Assembly: GCA_965237415.1 (NCBI GenBank)
Contig: CBDEFM010000002.1
Coordinates: 1,696,001 to 1,760,000, forward strand
Source of the DNA: Alphaproteobacteria bacterium
Lineage (GTDB): Bacteria; Pseudomonadota; Alphaproteobacteria; UBA828
Length of the DNA: 64,000 bases
Direction of reading: 5' to 3'
Shown here piece after piece: positions 40,072-50,155 of this stretch. How positions within the stretch are numbered: the stretch's first letter is position 1; each line of letters starts with the position of its first letter. The position numbers and the translations under genes are program-made. The notes beneath the pieces were generated by a model that saw only the letters and a list, made by a program, of their open reading frames with translations, made no database searches and had not been told where the DNA came from.

Positions 40072-41085
40072 CTATGCGGGCCCGGATGCCGGCAACGCGT
40101 CGTCGATCGCCCAGGAGGGCGCCGCCATGGCGGTCAAGCGCTTCGTCTCCCGCGGCGCGTGGCCGAAGTGCAGACGATAGGACTTGGAGAAATGCGACGC
40201 GGACACGAACCCGGTCGCCAGCGCCACATTCGTCACCGACATGCAGGTCTGCTGCAGCAGAGCGCGCGCCCTGTTCAGCCGCATCTCCAGGTAATAGCGG
40301 CTCGGCGTGCAGTGCAGGTATTTCAGGAACAATCGCTCGAGCTGCCGGGTCGACAGTCCGATCTCGCTGGCCAATTCGGTCTGACTGAGCGGAGCCTCGA
40401 TATTCTCCGACATGACGCTAATCGTGGAGAGAAGTTTGGGCTGGCTGACCGCAAGACGAAGGCGCAGCGCCATTCTCTGATGGTCCTCTTCGCCCCTGAT
40501 GCGCTCGCAAACCAATGCTTCGGAAACGGACGCGGCGAGCTCGTAACCGTGATGGCGATTGATGAAGCTGAGCATCATGTCCGACGCCGCCATGCCGCCC
40601 GCGCAGGTGTATCGGTTGCGGTCGATGACGAATATGTCCTCTCTCACCTCGATGTCGGGAAAATCCTCGATGAAACCCGGCAAGTTCTCCCAGTGAATCG
40701 TGCAGCGATAACCGTCGAGCAGCCCGAGGCGCGCCAGAATGTGGCTGCCGGTGCAGAGAGAACCGATGTTGGTTCCGCGGCGCTCGATCTGTCGCAGCCA
40801 GCTTGCGAGCCGCTTGTCCTCGAAGAGGTGGGTCTCAATGCCGCCGCATACGAAGACAGTCGAGAGCCGGTCGATCGACGCGATCGACATATCGGCGGTG
40901 ACGCTCACTCCAGCCGATGAGGCCACCGCCTCTCCGTCCATGGAGACGGTACGCCATTCATAGAGTGTCTGACCGCTCATGTAATTCGCGAGCCGGAGCG
41001 GCTCGATCGCACTCGAGAACGCCCCGAGCGAGAATTTCGGGACCATCAGGAATCCGAATTGGCGTCCCGGGTCGGTGGTTCGCAT
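40072..41085 (-). CDS. GlxA-family (GbdR-like) AraC transcriptional regulator
   Basis: EPLRLAN, CTIHWEN, YTCAGG, LSTRQLERLF, ATGFVSASHFSK. Confidence 0.92.
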   Translation of the reverse strand: MRTTDPGRQFGFLMVPKFSLGAFSSAIEPLRLANYMSGQTLYEWRTVSMDGEAVASSAGVSVTADMSIASIDRLSTVFVCGGIETHLFEDKRLASWLRQIERRGTNIGSLCTGSHILARLGLLDGYRCTIHWENLPGFIEDFPDIEVREDIFVIDRNRYTCAGGMAASDMMLSFINRHHGYELAASVSEALVCERIRGEEDHQRMALRLRLAVSQPKLLSTISVMSENIEAPLSQTELASEIGLSTRQLERLFLKYLHCTPSRYYLEMRLNRARALLQQTCMSVTNVALATGFVSASHFSKSYRLHFGHAPRETKRLTAMAAPSWAIDDALPASGPA

Positions 41086-41316
41086 CGCATCGCCGCCGGT
41101 CAGGCGTCTCCCTGCAACGTCGAGCTCGGCGCAAACGCTATTCTCACATGCCGTCGCCCATTCTCTCCGCCGTGGACAACAAGACTACGACAAGTGAAGT
41201 CCGACCCCCAAGTCCGATCGGCCCGGACGCCAGTCGATCGACTCAGCCCCGGCCGTGGTCGCCAAGGGGCCGTTCTTGGCACCCGACTTCGTGGCCAGCC
41301 AGCTCGGACCCTGCTC

Positions 41317-42444
41317 TCATCGGCGCAGGCGGCCGGGGCCGAGGCGCTCTGCGGTGATACCGTGCGCGGCGACCGCCTCGGGCAGTGGCTCGCCGGTGAC
41401 GAGCGCTGCGGTGACCGCGCCAAGCGCCGGCGCGGTCATGATGCCGGCGCCCCCCTGGCCCGCCAGCCAGAAGAAGCCCTCGGCCGCGATGTCGAAGCCC
41501 GCCACCGGCTGCCGGTCGCGCACGAAGCTCCTGAGACCCGCCCACTTGTTGCGTATGTGGCGGATGTCGAGGGTCGTCGCCTGCATGATGCGGTCGGCGC
41601 CGATGGCGATGTCGAGCTCCTCGGGATAGACGTCGCAGGGTTCCGACGGGGTTTCGTCGGCGGGCGAGCCCAGAATCCGGCCGGCATCGGGCTTGAGGTA
41701 GAAGGCATCGTCGATGTCGTGCACCATCGGCCAGTCGTCGACGCCGCCGTCCGCCGGCCCGTCGAAGATGAACGCGGTCCGGCGTTTCGGTTCAAGACCG
41801 ATGGGCGCGAGGCCCGCAAGTGCAGCCACGGCGTCGCACCAGGCGCCGGCGGCGTTGACCACGACCGGCGCGCAGTAGGCGCCGGCCGGCGTCTCCGCGT
41901 GCCAGAGTCCGCGTGCACGCGCGAGCGCCGTCACCCCCGCCTCCGTCATCAACGTCCCGCCGCGCGCGCGCAGGCCCCGCAGAAAACCTTGATGCAGGGC
42001 AGCGACGTCGATCTCCTCCGCCTCCGGCTCCAGAACCGCGCCGGCGACATAGTCCTCACGCAACGGTACGGGCTGCTCCAGAGCCTGGCTGGCGTCGAGG
42101 CGCGCCAGAGTCGGCACACGTTGCCGGTTCTCCTCGTAGAAGCGATCGAGCATGTCGATCTGATCGGCGTGGCCGACATACAGTACCTGGCGCGGGCTGA
42201 GCAGCGGCGAGGCCGCGAAGCCGGACGGCGGGTCGGTGAGGAATGAGCGGCCCGTCACGGCCAGCCCCTTCGTCAGCGGGCCGCCATAGGTTTCCATGTA
42301 CATGGCGGCGGAGCGCCCGGTCGAGTGGTAGCCCGGCACGTCCTCCTGCTCGAGCACGACGACGCGCCCCCGCTCCGCAAGCCAGAATGCCGCCGAGGCG
42401 CCCGCCATGCCGGCGCCGACGACCAGGAAGTCGCAGCGTTCCAT
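41317..42444 (-). CDS. DAO-family FAD-dependent oxidoreductase (D-arginine dehydrogenase-like)
   Basis: VVGAGMAGAS, GYHSTGRSAA, VNAAGAW, WAGLRSF, GQGGAG. Confidence 0.9.
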   Translation of the reverse strand: MERCDFLVVGAGMAGASAAFWLAERGRVVVLEQEDVPGYHSTGRSAAMYMETYGGPLTKGLAVTGRSFLTDPPSGFAASPLLSPRQVLYVGHADQIDMLDRFYEENRQRVPTLARLDASQALEQPVPLREDYVAGAVLEPEAEEIDVAALHQGFLRGLRARGGTLMTEAGVTALARARGLWHAETPAGAYCAPVVVNAAGAWCDAVAALAGLAPIGLEPKRRTAFIFDGPADGGVDDWPMVHDIDDAFYLKPDAGRILGSPADETPSEPCDVYPEELDIAIGADRIMQATTLDIRHIRNKWAGLRSFVRDRQPVAGFDIAAEGFFWLAGQGGAGIMTAPALGAVTAALVTGEPLPEAVAAHGITAERLGPGRLRR

Positions 42445-42577
42445 CGCGCGCATTCTATGCGGCGCGCCCCCCGGCCGAAACGGCGCGGCTCCGCGTTTGC
42501 GGGTACGCCACCGCCGCTCTCGGCAAGCCGCGCCTGGGCCGCTAGTCTGGCGCCACCGAAGAGAGCGGGAGCGGACC

Positions 42578-43393
42578 ATGGAAATTTTGTGCGAGGGCCG
42601 GCGCGCGGTGGTCACCGCCGGCGGATCGGGGATTGGGCGTGTCATCGCGGAGACGCTGGCGGCCAACGGCGCTGCGGTCTTCACCTGCGACGTCCAGCCC
42701 GGACTGGTCGAGGACGTGCGGAGTGCTGCGATCGGCGCGACCCTGGCCGATGTCGCCGATCCCGCCCAGGTTGACTTGCTGTTCGAGGCCGCGGTGGAGG
42801 CCATGGGCGGCGTCGACATCCTCATCAACAACGCCGGGATCGCCGGACCCACCGCGCATGTGGAGGCGATCGAGCCCGCCGACTGGGACCGCACGATTGC
42901 GGTAAACATCTCCGGCCAGTTCTACTGCGCCCGCCGCGCGGTGCCCCTGATGCGCGCGGCCGGCCGTGGCGCCATCGTCAACATCTCGTCGACCGCAGGC
43001 CGCATGGGTTTCCCGCTCAGGCTCCCCTATGCGACATCGAAGTTCGCCATCACCGGCCTGACCAAGACGCTGGCGCTGGAGCTCGGCCCTGCCCAGATCA
43101 GCGTCAACGCCATTCTGCCGGGCTACATCCTCAACGAGCGGGGCGCGCGCGTGGTCCGCGCCAAGGCCGAGGCCGCCGGCCGTACGGTGGAGGAGATGCA
43201 GGCGATCATCCTCCGCAACATCGCCATGCGCAGCAGCATCGCGGAACAGGAGATCGCGGACCTCGCGCTCTACCTCTGCTCCGACTCCGGCCGCCACATC
43301 TCGGGCCAGCTCTTGGGCGTCGACGGTGCCTTCGACACCTACATGGGCATGGACAATCTCGACGACCCACCGGCGGTAACAGGCGCCTCGTGA
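42578..43393 (+). CDS. SDR oxidoreductase
   Basis: TAGGSGIG, NNAGIAGP, YATSK, VNAILPG. Confidence 0.92.
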   Translation: MEILCEGRRAVVTAGGSGIGRVIAETLAANGAAVFTCDVQPGLVEDVRSAAIGATLADVADPAQVDLLFEAAVEAMGGVDILINNAGIAGPTAHVEAIEPADWDRTIAVNISGQFYCARRAVPLMRAAGRGAIVNISSTAGRMGFPLRLPYATSKFAITGLTKTLALELGPAQISVNAILPGYILNERGARVVRAKAEAAGRTVEEMQAIILRNIAMRSSIAEQEIADLALYLCSDSGRHISGQLLGVDGAFDTYMGMDNLDDPPAVTGAS

Positions 43394-44133
43394 TCGTCCT
43401 CTTCACCGATTTCGGGCCGGGCGGGCCCTACACGGGCCAGATGAAGGCCGTGCTCGCGCGCGAGGCGCCGGGCACGCCTGTGATCGACCTCGCGGACGAC
43501 CTGCCCGCCTGCGAGCCCGAGCCCGCCGCCTATCTGCTCGCGGCGTTCGCGCCGGCGTTTCCGCCGGGCGCGGTCTTTGTCTGCGTGGTCGACCCCGGCG
43601 TCGGCAGCGCCAGGGCGCCGGTCGCGCTCAGTGCCGGCGGGCGCTGGTATGTCGGCCCCGACAACGGCCTTCTCGCCATCGTTGCCCGACGCGCCGGCGA
43701 TGCCCAGTGGTTCACCATCACCTGGAGACCGCCCACCCTCTCCGCCTCCTTCCACGGCCGCGATCTCTTCGCACCGGTGGCGGCCCGGTTGGCCCGCGGC
43801 GAAGCGGTGCCGGGAACGGCGATCGAGGGCGCCGCAACGGTCGGTGCCGCATGGCCGGAAGACCGCGCGGCAATCGTCTATATCGACCCCTACGGCAACG
43901 CGATGACGGGGATACGCGCGGCCCAACTGGCGGAGGACACGGTCGTCGTCGCGGGCGCCCGGCGGCTCGGGCGGCTCCGCACGTTCTCCGACGCGGCGCC
44001 GGGGGCGGCCTTCTGGTACGAGAACGCAAACGGGCTCGCCGAAATCGCGGTCAACCAAGGCCGGGCGGATCGGGTGCTGGGGCTCAGGGTGGGAACACCG
44101 GTCAGCATCGAGACGGCGGGTCGCGACGGATGA
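43390..44133 (+). CDS. DUF62 family SAM hydroxide adenosyltransferase (chlorinase/fluorinase superfamily)
   Basis: LFTDFG, VVDPGVG, GPDNG, SFHGRDLF, YIDPYGN, EIAVNQG. Confidence 0.9.
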   Translation: MIVLFTDFGPGGPYTGQMKAVLAREAPGTPVIDLADDLPACEPEPAAYLLAAFAPAFPPGAVFVCVVDPGVGSARAPVALSAGGRWYVGPDNGLLAIVARRAGDAQWFTITWRPPTLSASFHGRDLFAPVAARLARGEAVPGTAIEGAATVGAAWPEDRAAIVYIDPYGNAMTGIRAAQLAEDTVVVAGARRLGRLRTFSDAAPGAAFWYENANGLAEIAVNQGRADRVLGLRVGTPVSIETAGRDG

Positions 44134-44855
44134 CGGGCTGGCGGCCGAACGGGGACCAGATTCGCGCGGGCGCACTTGCCGGTGCCGACCTCTCGCGCTT
44201 CGACCTGCAGGGCTTTCACTTCCGCCGGGCCGACCTGCGCGGGGCGAGCTTCGCCGGAAGCATCCTTCGCGAGGTCGATCTCTGGTCCGCCGACCTCACC
44301 GGCGCCGACCTCACCGGCGCGAACCTGCGCCTGGCGACGTTCAAGGGCGCAAACCTGCAAGGCGCGCGGCTCGCCGGCGCGGACCTCTGGAGCGCCGATC
44401 TCAAGGTCGCCGACCTGGGCGGCGCCATTCTCTCGGAGTGCAATCTCGCTCAAGCCGAGCTCGCCGGCGCGAAGTGCCGGGGGGCGGACTTCAGCTGCGC
44501 TGAGCTCTACTGCGCCGACCTTCGCCTCGCCGACCTGGAGGACGCCAATCTCGGCCGCGCGGACGGGCGCCTCGCGAAGCTGGAGGAGGCGGTGCTGATC
44601 GGCGCCAACCTGCGCGATGCGAACTTCTCGGGCGCGAGCTTCAAGCGCGCGCGGCTGGCCACGGCCGACCTGGGAGGCGCCAACCTGCGCGAAGCGAATT
44701 TTCGCGAGGCCGACCTGATTCGTGCCGACTTTCGCGGGGCAGAGGTCGCCGACGCCTTCTTCGGCCAAGCCAATCTCGACGGCACCGTGATGCCGGACGG
44801 CACCATCGAATCGACCACCCTGCGTCACTGGGCGCCGCCCGAGGAAGACGCGTAG
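44130..44855 (+). CDS. Pentapeptide repeat protein
   Basis: Continuous A[D/N]LxG/xA repeats ending in LDGTVMPDG. Confidence 0.93.
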   Translation: MTGWRPNGDQIRAGALAGADLSRFDLQGFHFRRADLRGASFAGSILREVDLWSADLTGADLTGANLRLATFKGANLQGARLAGADLWSADLKVADLGGAILSECNLAQAELAGAKCRGADFSCAELYCADLRLADLEDANLGRADGRLAKLEEAVLIGANLRDANFSGASFKRARLATADLGGANLREANFREADLIRADFRGAEVADAFFGQANLDGTVMPDGTIESTTLRHWAPPEEDA

Positions 44856-44864
44856 GCGTCCGAG

Positions 44865-45625
44865 CCCCGCACCATGGTGCGGTGGAGGGCGCAGGCTCGG
44901 CGCGCCAGCATCGCGTCATGCAAAACGAAACCCAAAAGACAACGACAGCCGCGACGTTCGGGCGTTCCTCGATCGCGCGGCTGCCGCCGGAGCTTCGCGA
45001 GGCCGTCGATGCGGCCATCGCAGACGGCGCCACCATCGACGAAATCGCGGATCTCATCCGGGGCGAGGGCGGCGCGTGCTCGCGCTCGGCCGTCGGCCGC
45101 TACACCAAGAACGTCCGCGACCTGATTCGCCAACAGCAGGAGGCCGACCGCGCCAACGAGGCGTGGGTGCGCGCGCTCGGCGAGCGCGCCGAGGGTCGGG
45201 CCGGGCTCATCCTGATCGAGACCCTGCGGACTTTGACGCTCTCCACCCTGGCCGAACTCAGCAAGCGCGAGACGCCGCCGACGCCGGAAGAGCTTGGCCG
45301 TCTCTCGCTGGTCCTCAAGCGCATCGAGGGCACGGACAAGCTCCGCCTCCAGCGGGAGCAGGCGGCGGCGAAGGCAGCCAGGGCCGCGCCCGGCGCGGGG
45401 CAGGCACCGGGGCAGGCACCGCCCAGGAAGGGCCTCTCGCCCGAGGCCGTCGCCGCCATCCGCGAGGTCGTCGAGGGGAGGCCCCGCCCGCCTGGGCGGG
45501 CCGTCTCATCGGCGCCGGTCGACCCGTGGAATCCTTCGGAATCCCACTTAATCCCACTTAAACCCGGCGAATCCCGCACAGGAATTGAGTTTGGCCCGAG
45601 TGGGATGGCGGAGCCGGACAGCGAC
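44865..45625 (+). mobile_element. Dispersed element copy 2, carrying a Mu-like Gp27/DUF3486 gene; mobility inferred only
   Basis: Perfect palindrome GCACCATGGTGC (44869-44880); decamer array 45521-45580; 3' tail aligns with copy 1 up to GCGAC. Confidence 0.6.
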
Positions 45626-45697
45626 AGTCGCGAAATTGCGGGCTACGCGCCCACGTCGACGATGGCCACCACTGGGCCGCCGCCCTGCGGGCCCTGA
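44918..45697 (+). CDS. DUF3486 / Mu-like phage Gp27 family protein
   Basis: [32 protein letters not shown], helical middle region, [13 protein letters not shown]; low-complexity tail overlaps the convergent gene. Confidence 0.78.
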   Translation: MQNETQKTTTAATFGRSSIARLPPELREAVDAAIADGATIDEIADLIRGEGGACSRSAVGRYTKNVRDLIRQQQEADRANEAWVRALGERAEGRAGLILIETLRTLTLSTLAELSKRETPPTPEELGRLSLVLKRIEGTDKLRLQREQAAAKAARAAPGAGQAPGQAPPRKGLSPEAVAAIREVVEGRPRPPGRAVSSAPVDPWNPSESHLIPLKPGESRTGIEFGPSGMAEPDSDSREIAGYAPTSTMATTGPPPCGP

Positions 45698-46737
45698 TGC
45701 ATCGCATCGACCGAGACGAACACGGCGGGATCGCCGATCGCCGCCGCCGCGACACCGCCCACGGCGCCCTTGGAATGGCGGTGATGGTGGACGTCGGAAT
45801 CGTCCAGCATGATCTGGCGGCGCCCGCGCAAGCGCGCGGTGCGGTCGGCCTCGCACTTGATGAAGCAGTTGACGAGCTTGTCGCCGAGATCGGCGGCGCG
45901 CGGGCGCTCCGGCAGGTTGAGGCCGGCGTTACGGATGCCGTCGTAGATGCCGTCGATGTCGAGGGCGTCCTGCATCACGCCGTGGCCGATGCGGAAGCGC
46001 CCGCCGGCCCCCGGCGCGTTGCCGAAGAGGACGATCTGCCCGCGGTCGAGCTCGACGCCAGAGGAGCAGGAGGCGACCGAGGAGTAGAGATCAAGATTGC
46101 GGCAGATTTCGTGGGCCGCCGGCATGCCGACTTCGCCGAGCGCGACGGCAATGCCGAGGCCGGTGGTGCCGTTGGAGACCCCCATCGATTCATGGACCTC
46201 GCAGGCCACGGTCTCGCCCCGCCCGTGCGCGTCCTGCACCGTGTCGATGGTGAGCAGCGGCGTCTTGGTCTGCACGTAGTGGACATTCGCAGGGTCGCCG
46301 ATGCCCGCATCGGCCATCGCCGCGCGCACGCTGTCGGCGATCTTCTCCACCATCGCCGGCCGGCCGATGTCCTCGGGCAGGATTGGCGCGCTCATGGCGG
46401 TCCCCATGGCGAGGCGCAGCGTGTCGTCGGGCCCGCTCTCATCGTTGCGGGCGAAGACGGTCGCATGGGGGGTGAGCACGCCATCGCAGCCGCCCGACCA
46501 GACCATGGGGATTTCGCCGACCTCGACTTCGCTGCGCGTGCCGTGCTTGAGGAGGACGCCGCGGAAGGCGCTGTCCGACAGGATGCGGGTGAAGTCGTTG
46601 ACCCCGCCGTTGCCCTCCGTCTTACCGATGACGGCGACGACGGAATCCGCCGCCATGCGGCCCGACGCGATGAGTTCCTCCAGGCCCGAGGCATCCGCGA
46701 CCGATTTGATCTCGATCTTCGCAACGTCGATCGCCAT
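45643..46737 (-). CDS. Ring-opening cyclic amide hydrolase (AtzD/barbiturase family), barbiturase-like
   Basis: [43 protein letters not shown]. Confidence 0.9.
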   Translation of the reverse strand: MAIDVAKIEIKSVADASGLEELIASGRMAADSVVAVIGKTEGNGGVNDFTRILSDSAFRGVLLKHGTRSEVEVGEIPMVWSGGCDGVLTPHATVFARNDESGPDDTLRLAMGTAMSAPILPEDIGRPAMVEKIADSVRAAMADAGIGDPANVHYVQTKTPLLTIDTVQDAHGRGETVACEVHESMGVSNGTTGLGIAVALGEVGMPAAHEICRNLDLYSSVASCSSGVELDRGQIVLFGNAPGAGGRFRIGHGVMQDALDIDGIYDGIRNAGLNLPERPRAADLGDKLVNCFIKCEADRTARLRGRRQIMLDDSDVHHHRHSKGAVGGVAAAAIGDPAVFVSVDAMHQGPQGGGPVVAIVDVGA

Positions 46738-46777
46738 GTCTCTCTCCCCTCCGGCGGCAGAGCGCCGCCCGCCACTC

Positions 46778-48031
46778 TCAGGACCAGGCGGTGCGCCGCT
46801 GGGTCACGGTTTCGGCGACGACGCGGCCGCGCTTGATCACGTGGGTGCGGTCCGCACGCCTGGTCAGCGCTTCCAGCGGGTCGGCCGCGTCGATAACCAC
46901 CAGATCGGCGACGCAGCCGGGCGCGGCGCCATAGTCGGTGAGGCCCATGGCGCGCGCCGCGGCGCCGGTCTGCATGTCGAAGACCGTCTCGATCTCCTGC
47001 GGGCGGCTCATGTGCGCCGCGTGGGTCGCGAGGAACATCACCTCCAGCGGATCCCCGCGCCCGAAGGGGTAGAAGGGATCGCGGATGCAATCCTGGCCAC
47101 AGGAGACGTTGACGCCGGCCTCCAGCAGTTCCTTCACGCGGGTGATGCCGCGCCGCTTCGGCTGCGCGTCGCCGCGACCCTGGAGCATCAGATTGGTCGC
47201 CGGGTTCGCGATCATGTGGATGCCCGCGTCCCTCACGAGGCCGATGACCCGGTTGGCGTAGTCCTCCTCATAGCCCGCGAGCGCGCAGGTGTGGCCGGCG
47301 GTGACGCGCCCCTGCCAGCTCTGCGCCATCGTCTGCTCGGCCAGCACTTCGAGAGTCTTGGCGTCGGGGTCGTCGGTCTCGTCCACGTGCATGTCGATGT
47401 CGGCGTCGTGGTGCGCCGCGATCTCGAAGGCGAGCGCAATGTGGCGCGCGCTGTCCGCCGGCGTCGCCTCGTTGAAGGGCATGCCGCCCACCAGATCGGC
47501 GCCCGCCTCCATCGCCTTCCACATCAGATCGTCGGTGCCCTTGTCCTTGAAGATGCCCTCCTGCGGGAAGGCCACGATCTGAACGTCGGCGATGTCGCGG
47601 GTGCGCTCGCGCGCCTCAAGGACGCCTTCGAGCGGACGCAGGCCGCCGATGCTGTCCACATCGACATGGCTGCGAATTCGCGTGACCCCGTGAGCAACGG
47701 CGGACCGGATGGTGCGCGTCGCCCGCGCGGCGATCTCCTCCACGGTGTAGGCGCGCTTCCGCTCCCAGATGATCTCGATGGCCTCGTCGAGGGTGCCGGA
47801 GCGATTGGGCCTGACATCGTCGTTGATCTGCGCCTTGTCGAGGTGGATATGCGGCTCCAGAAAGCCGGCCACGCAAAGGCGCCCGCCGGCATCGATGGTG
47901 CGCTCGGCCGCGGCCGCACCCCCTGGGGGTGGGGCGACGAAGCGGCCGTCGTGCACGAAAAGGTCGCGCGGCGCTTCCTCCCGCCAGAGATGCGCACCCG
48001 TGATCGCCAGGTCGACCCGATCGTCCGTCAT
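46778..48031 (-). CDS. Cytosine deaminase-like metal-dependent amidohydrolase
   Basis: [45 protein letters not shown]. Confidence 0.9.
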   Translation of the reverse strand: MTDDRVDLAITGAHLWREEAPRDLFVHDGRFVAPPPGGAAAAERTIDAGGRLCVAGFLEPHIHLDKAQINDDVRPNRSGTLDEAIEIIWERKRAYTVEEIAARATRTIRSAVAHGVTRIRSHVDVDSIGGLRPLEGVLEARERTRDIADVQIVAFPQEGIFKDKGTDDLMWKAMEAGADLVGGMPFNEATPADSARHIALAFEIAAHHDADIDMHVDETDDPDAKTLEVLAEQTMAQSWQGRVTAGHTCALAGYEEDYANRVIGLVRDAGIHMIANPATNLMLQGRGDAQPKRRGITRVKELLEAGVNVSCGQDCIRDPFYPFGRGDPLEVMFLATHAAHMSRPQEIETVFDMQTGAAARAMGLTDYGAAPGCVADLVVIDAADPLEALTRRADRTHVIKRGRVVAETVTQRRTAWS

Positions 48032-48063
48032 CGTTCGCTCCTCCCTCAGACTCAGGCGCCTGC

Positions 48064-49509
48064 CTATGAGGCGCCGTCTCCCGCCGTGTCCGGCATGGTT
48101 GCCGACGCGACGACGCCCAAGCGGGCCAGCGTCTCCTCCCGGCCCAGCGCAACCATGACGGCGAAGATCCCAGGAGACGCGTGCGCACCCGTCAGTGCTG
48201 CCCGGAGCGGCTGCGCGATGGCGCCGAGCCCGACGTCCTCGTCCTCGACAAAGCCGCGGACGGCGCCTTCGAGAGCCGACTCGTCCCAGGCCGCGTTGTC
48301 CTGCAGGGCGGCTTTCAGACGGCTAAGGCGGGCCCGCGCCTCGCTGCCGCCCTCGCCGAGCAGCCGCGCCGCCTTGGGCGTCATGGCGAGCGGCCGATCG
48401 CACACCAGAAACGACAGATTGTCGGCAAGCTCGGGCAGCGTCTTCGCACGCGCCTTCGCCTCGGGCAGCAGGGCCGCGATGCGCCTGCGCCCTTCGTCCG
48501 TGGCGGCCGCCGGGTGGCGCTCGGCGAGTCGCTGCTCGACGCCGGCCAGCAGTTCAGAATCGGCGCTCTCGCGAATGTAATGGCCGTTGAGGCTCAGCAG
48601 CTTCTCCATGTCGAAGCGCGCAGCGCCGCGGTTCACCGCATCGAGGTCGAACCAGGCGACGGCCTGGGCGGTGTCGATGATCTCGTCGTCGCCGTGACTC
48701 CAGCCGAGCCTGAGCAGCGCGTTGCGCATGGCGGCGGGCAGAACGCCGAGCTCGGCATAGGCGCCGACGGCGACCGCGCCGTGCCGCTTGGAGAGCTTCG
48801 CGCCGTCGGGGCCGTGGATCAGCGGGATATGGGCGTAGGCCGGCGGCTCCCACCCAAGCGCGCGGAAGAGCTGGGTCTGGCGAAAGGCGTTGGTGAGGTG
48901 GTCGTCCCCCCGGATGGCATGGGTGATCCCCATGTCGTGGTCATCGACGACGACCGAGAGCATGTACGTCGGCGTGCCGTCGGCCCGTAGAAGCACCATG
49001 TCGTCGAGAGCGCTATTGTCGATCTGGACATCACGCTGTACCAGATCGGATATGATTAGTTCCCCCTCCTGCGGTGCCCGGAAGCGGATGACAGGGGCGA
49101 CGCCGGGCGGCGCCTCCGCCTCATCGCGGTTGCGCCAGCGCCCGTCGTAGAGCGCGGCCCGGCCCTGGGCGCGTGCCTCGGCGCGCATGACCTCCAGCTC
49201 CTCCGGCGTGCAATAGCAGCGGTAGGCCCCGCCGGCGGCGAGGAGCCCGTGCGCGACCTCGACATGGCGCTGCCTGCGCTCGGACTGGCGCACGATTTCG
49301 CCGTCCCATTCGAGGCCGAGCCAAGTCAGCCCGTCGATGATCGCGGCGATTGCCTCGGGCGTCGAGCGCTTGCGATCAGTGTCCTCCAGCCGAAGCCGAA
49401 ATGTGCCGCCGTGGTGGCGGGCATAGAGCCAGTTGAAGAGGGCGGTCCGCGCGCCACCGAGATGCAGCATGCCGGTTGGCGATGGCGCGAAGCGCGTGAC
49501 GACGCTCAT
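48064..49509 (-). CDS. gltX: Glutamate--tRNA ligase
   Basis: [15 protein letters not shown] (HIGH), IRGDDHL, KLSKRHG (KMSKS). Confidence 0.96.
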   Translation of the reverse strand: MSVVTRFAPSPTGMLHLGGARTALFNWLYARHHGGTFRLRLEDTDRKRSTPEAIAAIIDGLTWLGLEWDGEIVRQSERRQRHVEVAHGLLAAGGAYRCYCTPEELEVMRAEARAQGRAALYDGRWRNRDEAEAPPGVAPVIRFRAPQEGELIISDLVQRDVQIDNSALDDMVLLRADGTPTYMLSVVVDDHDMGITHAIRGDDHLTNAFRQTQLFRALGWEPPAYAHIPLIHGPDGAKLSKRHGAVAVGAYAELGVLPAAMRNALLRLGWSHGDDEIIDTAQAVAWFDLDAVNRGAARFDMEKLLSLNGHYIRESADSELLAGVEQRLAERHPAAATDEGRRRIAALLPEAKARAKTLPELADNLSFLVCDRPLAMTPKAARLLGEGGSEARARLSRLKAALQDNAAWDESALEGAVRGFVEDEDVGLGAIAQPLRAALTGAHASPGIFAVMVALGREETLARLGVVASATMPDTAGDGAS

Positions 49510-49635
49510 CTGCGGTCTCACCCCCGGCGGATAGCACTGCGGTTGGCCACGGATCGGAACGGTCGAGCGTTTAGCATATCGCCCGGCTGCAGGCGACCGG
49601 CCGCGGAGGAGGAAAGGCGGTCTCCCCTCTCTACT

Positions 49636-49938
49636 CCCCCGGACCATGGTGCGATGTGCAGTGCCAGGCTCCTGCGTCAGGCTCACGCCATGGAGCGCCA
49701 AACTGGGTTGGTCGCGGTGGGCACGTTGAGCGAGCGGGCGGGAAACGATCTCGCGCTCAACACCCTGCGGGCGTGCGCGACCCGGGTCCGGGCCGCGGCC
49801 GCCAGCAACAACTGTCTGCCGGGCCATCCAGTGGGAGGCTTCGCCGTGAACGCTCCGTCGGGCCGCCGGCACCGGTCCGGCGGAACCCCACTCATCCCGC
49901 CTATCCCACTTAATCCCGCTGAATCCCGCCTCAAATTA
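49636..49938 (+). repeat. Dispersed element copy 3, in the gltX/comEC divergent intergenic region
   Basis: CCCCCGGACCATGGTGCG identical to copy 1; ATG at 49690; five CCC tracts at 49886-49927. Confidence 0.85.
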
Positions 49939-50106
49939 ACTCAAAGGCTTATCCCCTTGCTTCCGGTTCGTCTAGATATTGACCTACGCAATGCAACGGT
50001 TTCAGCCGGCGGACTCAGAAAATCACAGCGCAGCCCGTGCCTTATCCGGGCCTTCCAGCAGTGGGAAGGCACGCAACATCATGCGCTCCCGGAGCCAAGG
50101 GGATAA
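49690..50106 (+). CDS. Putative element-borne small ORF (138 aa)
   Basis: ATG 46 bp after CCATGG; in-frame [12 protein letters not shown] and IPLNPAESR. Confidence 0.35.
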   Translation: MERQTGLVAVGTLSERAGNDLALNTLRACATRVRAAAASNNCLPGHPVGGFAVNAPSGRRHRSGGTPLIPPIPLNPAESRLKLTQRLIPLLPVRLDIDLRNATVSAGGLRKSQRSPCLIRAFQQWEGTQHHALPEPRG

Positions 50107-50155
50107 GCCTTTTAACTCATTCCCGCATCGAGCGGGATGCCGGTGGAGCGCCCGC

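Noticed and set aside
43390-44133. SAM-dependent halogenase (fluorinase/chlorinase)
   Set aside because: It keeps the Asp and FHGRD features typical of DUF62 SAM hydrolases, and there is no biosynthetic cluster context.
44160-44790. 15-bp periodic DNA repeats (GCCGACCTCACCGGC etc.)
   Set aside because: Fully explained by the pentapeptide-repeat protein coding sequence.
44130-45697. Prophage around the DUF3486 gene
   Set aside because: No terminase large subunit, portal, capsid, tail, transposase or integrase is visible; the neighbours are metabolic genes.
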